Origin: Prolixibacteraceae bacterium UBA6029
GTDB taxonomy: Bacteria; Bacteroidota; Bacteroidia; Bacteroidales; Prolixibacteraceae
NCBI GenBank assembly: GCA_002429385.1
Contig: DIZL01000048.1
Location: 800-64,799 of the forward strand
DNA length: 64,000 bases
Direction of reading: 5' to 3'
Shown here: in pieces, positions 58,384 to 64,000 of the stretch
How the letters are laid out: the number at the start of each line of letters is the position of its first letter
How positions within the stretch are numbered: the first letter of the stretch is position 1
Program-made: the position numbers and the translations under genes
Notes under the pieces: generated by a model
Told to the model about the DNA's origin: nothing
Seen by the model: the letters and a program-made list of their open reading frames with translations, nothing else
Databases searched by the model: none

Positions 58384-58833
58384 ATGATTCTTGATAAACT
58401 TGAAAATACGGATTTCTATTCCGGGATCAGCAACAACCTTACCAGGGGATTTGAATACCTGAAATCCACAGACCTGGCAACACTGGAGCCTGGCCGGCAT
58501 GAGATAGACGGGGATGAAGTCTTTGCTCTTGTAAGCGAATACAACACAAAAGATCACCTCGAATGCTGGCCTGAAGCTCACCAAACCTATACCGACATTC
58601 AATACATCATCTCGGGAAGGGAAGCCATTGGTTTTGTGACCCTAAAAAACCAGCTTATTGTCTCCGAATTTGATCCTGCAAAAGACATTACGTTTTATTC
58701 AGCAGATACTTCTCCCCTGATTCTTGAAGCGGGCATGTTTGCGGTCTTTTTCCCACAGGATGTTCATTGTCCGTGCATGCAGATTGACGGAGCTGTAAAA
58801 GTGAAGAAGGTTGTCGTGAAAGTAAAACTATAG
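58384..58833 (+). CDS. YhcH/YjgK/YiaL-family (DUF386, EbgC-like) protein
   Basis: 149 aa. MILDKLEN...GRHEIDGDEVFALVSEY.TK.....EAH..Y.DIQYIISG is typical of the family. Confidence 0.78.
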   Translation: MILDKLENTDFYSGISNNLTRGFEYLKSTDLATLEPGRHEIDGDEVFALVSEYNTKDHLECWPEAHQTYTDIQYIISGREAIGFVTLKNQLIVSEFDPAKDITFYSADTSPLILEAGMFAVFFPQDVHCPCMQIDGAVKVKKVVVKVKL

Positions 58834-59305
58834 TCATTTGTCATTGGGAAAAAGGAAAAGGGAAAAGGGATAATGGACGAGACAGATCACTTTTGGATTT
58901 ACGAAGCAACCTTCATTTTACAGCGCCGGTTTTTTTATTGCATTCTTTCGCTGTTCTCGCGATGAACGGTTAATGAACGGACTGTTTTTTATTTATACTC
59001 TGATATGAATCTGTCCTATCGGAAAAGTCAGGGGAAAGGGTATAAATACCTTGGAAACAACCACATCAATGGCTATCGGACCGGAAAGTGACTTTTGCAA
59101 AACTCCGTTTAATTCCTGATTTGAACTTGTATTTCGGATATCCGAAAACAACCATAATACCTGAAGGCGATTTAGCTGGAAGGTCCCATTTCTGTTTTAG
59201 CTTTTTAGCGCCATATTGAATGGTGGAATGATTGCCATATGATGGTTTTTTTTGTATAAATTTAAACAGTTTTTTTACGATAACCTAAACCACAAAATTG
59301 CATTT

Positions 59306-60274
59306 ATGAATCATTCATTATTTATCCTGAAAGTCATTCTCCCATTCCTGTTTTTTAGTCTGGAAATATCGGCTCAGGTCCGTTATAAAGATGAAATTAC
59401 CGATTCTGTCAGGGTCGAAACTTCTACCTATGCATTTAAGGACGGCCATTCCCTCGACATGGATGTCTATTTCCCTGCATTTGATAATGATACCAAAAGA
59501 GCCTTGATTTTCTATGTGCATGGTGGTGGCTTTGCAGGAGGCCAGCGTAACGAGCCCGGCATTCAGGTGTTTTGTAAAAAACTGGCCCGGCATGGTTATG
59601 TCGTGTCTTCCATCTCCTACCGCCTGACCCGTCAGGGAACCAAGACCGAATTTGGGTGTGACTGCCCCGCTGTGGATAAACTGAATACATTCAACAAAGC
59701 CGTTGAAGATCTTCAGGATGCCACTTTTTTCATGATAAAGAACCGGGATAAAATGGGGATAGACCCTCAGAAAATCATACTCTCGGGAAGCAGTGCAGGT
59801 GCAGAAACCGTTTTGAATGCCGCTTACCAGCCCCCTTATTGCTATGGGCTTGATAGTGGTCCTGTATCCTATGCCGGGGTTATTTCGATGGCTGGTGCAG
59901 TGACCGATACCTCACGAATCTTCAAAGAATCGGCAATACCCTCCTTGCTTTTTCATGGAACCTGCGACAACCTGGTTCCATACGCATCTGCTCCTCACCG
60001 CTATTGTAAGGAATCTGAACCTGGTTATCTAATCATACATGGTTCATATACCATTGCACAGAAACTAAAGAAACTTGGAACCCCGTATTGGCTGTACACC
60101 TATTGTAATGCGGCACACGAGATAGCAGGCAAACCCATGACTGCCAACCTGAACGAGATCATTGATTTCTGCTATTCCTATGTGATAAATAAAGGAACTG
60201 AACAAAAGACGACAGTCATGAAATCTGAAAACAAATCGTGTCAATACCAATCGTTTAACTTTTGTGAAGAATGA
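59306..60274 (+). CDS. Alpha/beta-hydrolase esterase/lipase
   Basis: Signal peptide, oxyanion VHGGGFAGG, nucleophile elbow GSSAGA. ATG 59306 is preferred over TTG 59252. Confidence 0.75.
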   Translation: MNHSLFILKVILPFLFFSLEISAQVRYKDEITDSVRVETSTYAFKDGHSLDMDVYFPAFDNDTKRALIFYVHGGGFAGGQRNEPGIQVFCKKLARHGYVVSSISYRLTRQGTKTEFGCDCPAVDKLNTFNKAVEDLQDATFFMIKNRDKMGIDPQKIILSGSSAGAETVLNAAYQPPYCYGLDSGPVSYAGVISMAGAVTDTSRIFKESAIPSLLFHGTCDNLVPYASAPHRYCKESEPGYLIIHGSYTIAQKLKKLGTPYWLYTYCNAAHEIAGKPMTANLNEIIDFCYSYVINKGTEQKTTVMKSENKSCQYQSFNFCEE

Positions 60275-60934
60275 AACAACTCTTTTCCCCTGTGTTCTTA
60301 ATCTTGCTGAACATTACATTCTGTCAGGCCCAGCAAACAGAAATCCAGTACCTGTCAGGAACAGGAAGCGATCATATGGTAAACTGGGATTTTAAAGGTA
60401 AAATGGACCATTCAATCATCGGGATGGCTTAAACTGGAGGTATTGTACAAGGCTCCCAAGGAGAATAAATTCATGGACATCAGTTTCGATTATCCTGAAG
60501 ATCAGGTTTTGGGAGTGTGCTGGATGGGCTATGGCCCTTACCGCGTATGGAAAAACCGCATGAAGGGAAACATGCTCAACGTTTGGAGCAAAGCTTACAA
60601 CAACACCATTACCGGCGAAAAGGATTGGATTTATCCCGAATTCAAAGGGTATCACCGTAATTTTTACTGGGCAACTATTCAGTCAAAGGAACAGGATTTT
60701 ACTGTTGTTTGTCCCGATGAAGATGTTTTCCTGCGCCTGTTCACTCCTCAGAAACCTGCAGGAGCTTATAATGACAACACATCTCCTGAATTTCCGTCCG
60801 GGAACATCTCTTTCCTATACGGCATCAATCCTATAGGTACAAAATTCACCAAGCCTGGAACGATGGGGCCAATGAGCCAGCCTAACCTGTTTCTGTATGA
60901 AAAAAACCTGACGCTTTATTTCAATTTTCAATAG
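60271..60934 (+). pseudogene. Remnant of a large glycoside hydrolase (GH2-like by recollection): signal peptide and first ~42 aa joined out of frame to the last ~175 aa
   Basis: ATG 60271 overlaps the esterase stop (ATGA) and gives MKQLFSPVFLILLNITFCQAQQTEIQYLSGTGSDHMVNWDFK..., stopping at 60430-60432. A +1 frame opens at 60383 and continues as track ORF 60443..60934 (LGVCWMGYGPYRVWKNR...). The catalytic core is absent. Confidence 0.45.
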
Positions 60935-60935
60935 T

Positions 60936-61042
60936 CATGGTTGTATTGGTTGTAATGGTTTATAGGGTTGTCAGTTGTCATTCAATAGTCATTTAATGGG
61001 ATGATACAACAATGACAACAACGACAACAATGACAACCCATG
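60936..61042. repeat. Imperfect palindrome built from GTTGT/ACAAC words
   Basis: catggttgtattggttgtaatggtttatagggttgtcagttgtcatt ... atgatacaacaatgacaacaacgacaacaatgacaacccatg. Confidence 0.6.
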
Positions 61043-61157
61043 CCCCCCAATGTCCATGCATGCTTTAAAATAAATACGCACAAATACTTACAACAGAATA
61101 CGATTTTACGCTGAACAAGATGAGCGTTTGAAAAACTACTTTCGTGTTGTTATTACC

Positions 61158-61877
61158 ATGAACCCCAAAATGGAAATCTATCAGGAACTTGCCAAAGATA
61201 TCCGGTTAGCAGAAGGCCTGAAATCATGCATGAATTGCGGAGTTTGCACGGCCATCTGTCCTGCTGCAGAATTTTACGACTACGACCCAAGGATAATTGC
61301 CGGCATTATACAATCCAAGGATGAAAAACGAATAGAAGAACTCCTGAAAAGTGATGTGATCTGGTATTGCGGCGAATGTATGTCGTGCAAGACCCGCTGC
61401 CCGCGTGGTAATTGCGTTGGACTTATTATCATGGCTTTAAGATCACTTTCACAGGAACTGGGCTACTTTGCCGAATCAGAAAAAGGAAGGCAGCAATTGG
61501 CCATTAAACGGGTTGTGGGCGAGAATATCGTCTTTAGGGGATACTGTGTACTTCCTGAGAACCTGGTGCCGGAAATGCACCCTGAACAAGGTCCTGTGGG
61601 CGAATGGATATTCGGGAACAAAGAAGAAGTTTATGAGCGTGTCGGAGCCAATTACAATGGCGAGGGTGAAGGGGCGCTGCGCAAAATCCCACAGGAATCG
61701 CTGGATGAAATATACAGGATTTTTGAACTGACCGGCGGATTAGACCGATTTGACAAGATTGAATATTTTTCGAAAGAGAAAGCCAAAAGCATGGGATTTA
61801 CTGACATCAAAGAAGAATATCCTGACTATGTTTCTCACATATTCACCACGAACAACGGCAAACATAACAGGCAATAA
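61158..61877 (+). CDS. HdrC-like 4Fe-4S dicluster protein
   Basis: CMNCGVCTAICP and CGECMSCKTRCP motifs. ATG 61158 is preferred over TTG 61128. Confidence 0.72.
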   Translation: MNPKMEIYQELAKDIRLAEGLKSCMNCGVCTAICPAAEFYDYDPRIIAGIIQSKDEKRIEELLKSDVIWYCGECMSCKTRCPRGNCVGLIIMALRSLSQELGYFAESEKGRQQLAIKRVVGENIVFRGYCVLPENLVPEMHPEQGPVGEWIFGNKEEVYERVGANYNGEGEGALRKIPQESLDEIYRIFELTGGLDRFDKIEYFSKEKAKSMGFTDIKEEYPDYVSHIFTTNNGKHNRQ

Positions 61878-62941
61878 TGAAAAAAGAAGGCAAAATACAA
61901 GTCTGGCAGGATTATCAAAAGGAAATAGCCGACGATCATTATTTCTATGTTCGCAGTTGTATCCGTCAGAACTTTTTCCCGGGATCAGAACAAACTTTTC
62001 TGAAAATATTACGAAAAGAATTGGGCAAGGATATATATGAAAATCCGCATCACACCAGTTGTTCCGGGATCGGCTACCATTCGGATATTGTTCCCTTCGA
62101 CACTATCCAAACCATTGTCGCACGTCAGTTTGCCTTAATGACAGAAGCCGGCTATCAAAACATTGCCGTTTCGTGCATCACCTCGTTTGGGATCTATAAC
62201 GAAATCATCGAAACCTGGAAAGAGTATCCGGCAGAATTGGAAAAGGTTCGGAATTTTCTGAAAAAAGCTACGGGGCGCGAATTTGAAGTACCTCAGAATG
62301 TGGCCCATGCCAGCGACATCGTGTACAAATTCAGGGAGGATATTGCGACTCATGGGAAATTTAGGCTTATCAATCACAAAACAGGTAAACCCTTAAAAGT
62401 TGTCGAACACATAGGTTGTCATTATTCGAAAATGTTCCCTTGTAAAGGTGTCGGAGGGGCTGAATTTCCTTACGTACTGGCCGGAATGATCGAAGCATGG
62501 GGAGGTGAAGTGATCGATTATCCTGAACGGCGCCATTGCTGCGGATTCGGGTTCAGACAATACCTCATCATGTCGAATCGTGGTTATTCAGTATCCAATT
62601 CAAGGAAGAAATTTGAGTCCATGGAGCCTTACAAACCCGATTTTATTGTCAGTAACTGTCCCGGATGCCCTATGTTTCTGGATCGCTGGCAATATGTGAT
62701 TGAAGAGATGGAAGGCAAAACATTCGGACCAGACGGACAGGGAATACCGGTACTGACTTACGAAGAAATGGCAGGATTGGTTCTTGGTTATAATCCATGG
62801 GATATGGGCATGCAGATGCACCAGACCAATGTTGAGCCACTGTTAGACAAAATGGGGATTCAGTACGATCCTGAGTTAAAATATGCGAACAAAGAGGGAA
62901 AACAAATCGGACATCCGACCATGGTGCGATGCGGATGCTAA
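61877..62941 (+). CDS. HdrB-like CCG-domain protein
   Basis: 354 aa with CCG motifs (RRHCCGFGFRQ, SNCPGCPMFLD). The start overlaps the hdrC-like stop (TAATG). Confidence 0.72.
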   Translation: MKKEGKIQVWQDYQKEIADDHYFYVRSCIRQNFFPGSEQTFLKILRKELGKDIYENPHHTSCSGIGYHSDIVPFDTIQTIVARQFALMTEAGYQNIAVSCITSFGIYNEIIETWKEYPAELEKVRNFLKKATGREFEVPQNVAHASDIVYKFREDIATHGKFRLINHKTGKPLKVVEHIGCHYSKMFPCKGVGGAEFPYVLAGMIEAWGGEVIDYPERRHCCGFGFRQYLIMSNRGYSVSNSRKKFESMEPYKPDFIVSNCPGCPMFLDRWQYVIEEMEGKTFGPDGQGIPVLTYEEMAGLVLGYNPWDMGMQMHQTNVEPLLDKMGIQYDPELKYANKEGKQIGHPTMVRCGC

Positions 62942-63031
62942 TTTTTACAGACTCAGCAGGAGAATAATGTTGTGAGTTACGAGATATCAGTTACGATTAA
63001 TATCAAACGCAACCCGAAGCCCGCAAACCTG

Positions 63032-63059
63032 GAACTTTGAACTTTGAACTTTGAACTTA
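63032..63059. repeat. Tandem heptamer repeat (GAACTTT x3 plus GAACTTA)
   Basis: Read directly. It lies immediately upstream of the HdrA-like start and is followed by an A8 run. Confidence 0.8.
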
Positions 63060-63070
63060 AAAAAAACTGC

Positions 63071-64000
63071 TTGAAACATATTGTAATCATAGGGGGCGGA
63101 ATAGCCGGGATTGAAACAGCCAGCGCTTTAACTGATGCAGGACATTGGGTAACCCTGATAGAAAAAGATGCCCAAATTGGCGGTAAACTGAACAACTGGT
63201 CGAATCTTTTTCCAAACTTCACTCCTGTTGAAAAGATTACTGATGAGCTTAAGGAGAAGTGTCGACGTAAAGATTTTTCAATACTCACGAATACTGAAGT
63301 CAATTCAGTTCTTCGAAACAAGGATAAATTCAGCATTAATACATCCGATAATCAGCAGCTGGAAGCTGACGCCATAGTTGTGGCCACAGGCTATGAATTG
63401 TTTGATGCCCGTCGTAAAGAGGAATACGGTTACAAGATTTATGATCATGTTATCACATCGGCTGATCTGGAACAATTGTTTAAATCGGGAGAAAAACTTA
63501 CTGTAGCTGCCGGAAAGATTCCCAAACGCATTGCTTTTGTTCATTGTGTAGGCTCACGCGATGAAAAATCAGGCAATCATTATTGCTCAAAAGTATGCTG
63601 CATTACAGGTGTAAAACAGGCTATCGAACTCAAAAAACATTTACCTGATGCTGAAATATTTTGCTTTTACATGGATTTGCGCATGTATGGCAAACATTTC
63701 GAAGAGCTATACCGTGAAGCTCAGGAAAAATATGACATACAGTTTATCCGCGGACGGTTGTCTGAAGCATCGGAGAAGATCGACAAAAGTCTGCTCATTA
63801 AAGCTGAAGATACTCTTTCGGGACGGCCCCTCAAAATGAATGTGGATTTACTGGTACTTCTTATTGGGATGGAAGCGGGAAAAGGAACAGCTGCGGCTGC
63901 AACAAGTTGCAGTATAGGCTGTGAAGAATCAGGTTTTCTCCAGACTGCCGACTCATTTTTACAGTCCAATATTTCAATGCAGGATGGTATTTTTCTGGCA
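63071..64000 (+). CDS. HdrA-like FAD-dependent oxidoreductase (3' partial, not in the supplied ORF track)
   Basis: My own translation is (TTG)KHIVIIGGGIAGIETASALTDAGHWVTLIEKDAQIGGKL...AFVHCVGSRDEKSGNHYCSKVCCITGVKQA.... It is open for 310 codons to the window end. The start (TTG 63071 or 63044) is uncertain. Confidence 0.75.
   Translation, partial: MKHIVIIGGGIAGIETASALTDAGHWVTLIEKDAQIGGKLNNWSNLFPNFTPVEKITDELKEKCRRKDFSILTNTEVNSVLRNKDKFSINTSDNQQLEADAIVVATGYELFDARRKEEYGYKIYDHVITSADLEQLFKSGEKLTVAAGKIPKRIAFVHCVGSRDEKSGNHYCSKVCCITGVKQAIELKKHLPDAEIFCFYMDLRMYGKHFEELYREAQEKYDIQFIRGRLSEASEKIDKSLLIKAEDTLSGRPLKMNVDLLVLLIGMEAGKGTAAAATSCSIGCEESGFLQTADSFLQSNISMQDGIFLA

Noticed and set aside
59066-59284. 72-codon open frame on the minus strand (…NHSTIQYGAKKLKQKWDLPAKSPSGIMVVFGYPKYKFKSGIKRSFAKVTF…) that looks like a nitroreductase-type C-terminal fragment.
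   Set aside because: It has no start codon and is bounded upstream by TAG. The similarity is only by recollection of the GYP motif context. It is at best an unsupported gene remnant.
62977-63336. 119-aa minus-strand ORF from the track.
   Set aside because: It is antisense to the well-supported HdrA-like reading frame (GxGxxG, CVGSRD, YCSKVCC motifs) and has low-complexity content.
1-64000. Search for rRNA, tRNA, tmRNA, CRISPR arrays, transposases, integrases, reverse transcriptases, toxin-antitoxin pairs and known defence-system genes.
   Set aside because: Every intergenic gap was read by eye. I saw no cloverleaf-like or rRNA-like sequence, no regularly spaced direct repeats, and no ORF with recombinase, RT or nuclease-NTPase hallmarks. 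Absence is by inspection only, not by covariance-model search.

Overview
This looks like a chromosomal segment of a Bacteroidota genome. The evidence is T9SS C-terminal sorting domains, many TAnnTTTG -7 promoter boxes with short leaders, and the gene content. I call about 42 protein-coding genes. Housekeeping genes: rocD, pepC, priA, pfkA, ispH, cmk, tpiA, prmA. Envelope and surface genes: two large T9SS substrates (one a 1521-aa CotH/LTD protein), an AsmA/TamB-like giant, two TonB/OMP barrels, and a GH18-like/CE4/GT2 triple-fusion polysaccharide synthase. Other content: two paralogous hybrid histidine kinases, an ECF-sigma/ABC-exporter cluster, a partly decayed glycan-utilisation patch, and an hdrC-hdrB-hdrA-like cluster that runs off the 3' edge. 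The HdrA-like ORF is absent from the supplied track because it has no stop codon inside the window. I saw no rRNA, tRNA, CRISPR array, transposase, integrase, reverse transcriptase or recognisable defence system. The most unusual signal is largely non-genic. It is a family of long imperfect palindromes with a 78-bp core (23-bp arms, 16-nt loop) bracketed by GGGTATYCC-type boxes, present at three loci. Two copies (12.3 kb and 45.1 kb, inverted relative to each other) are fused to the 3' end of a conserved 59-codon ORF of unknown family. The third copy (28.1 kb) is a 147-bp element with perfect 24-bp terminal inverted repeats and internal promoter boxes. It sits between a divergent CotH gene and one of two DUF6266-like paralogs that flank an OMP gene. 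The second paralog carries an in-frame TGA. Function is unknown, and copy number, mobility, inversion and coding status all need whole-genome or read-level data that I do not have.
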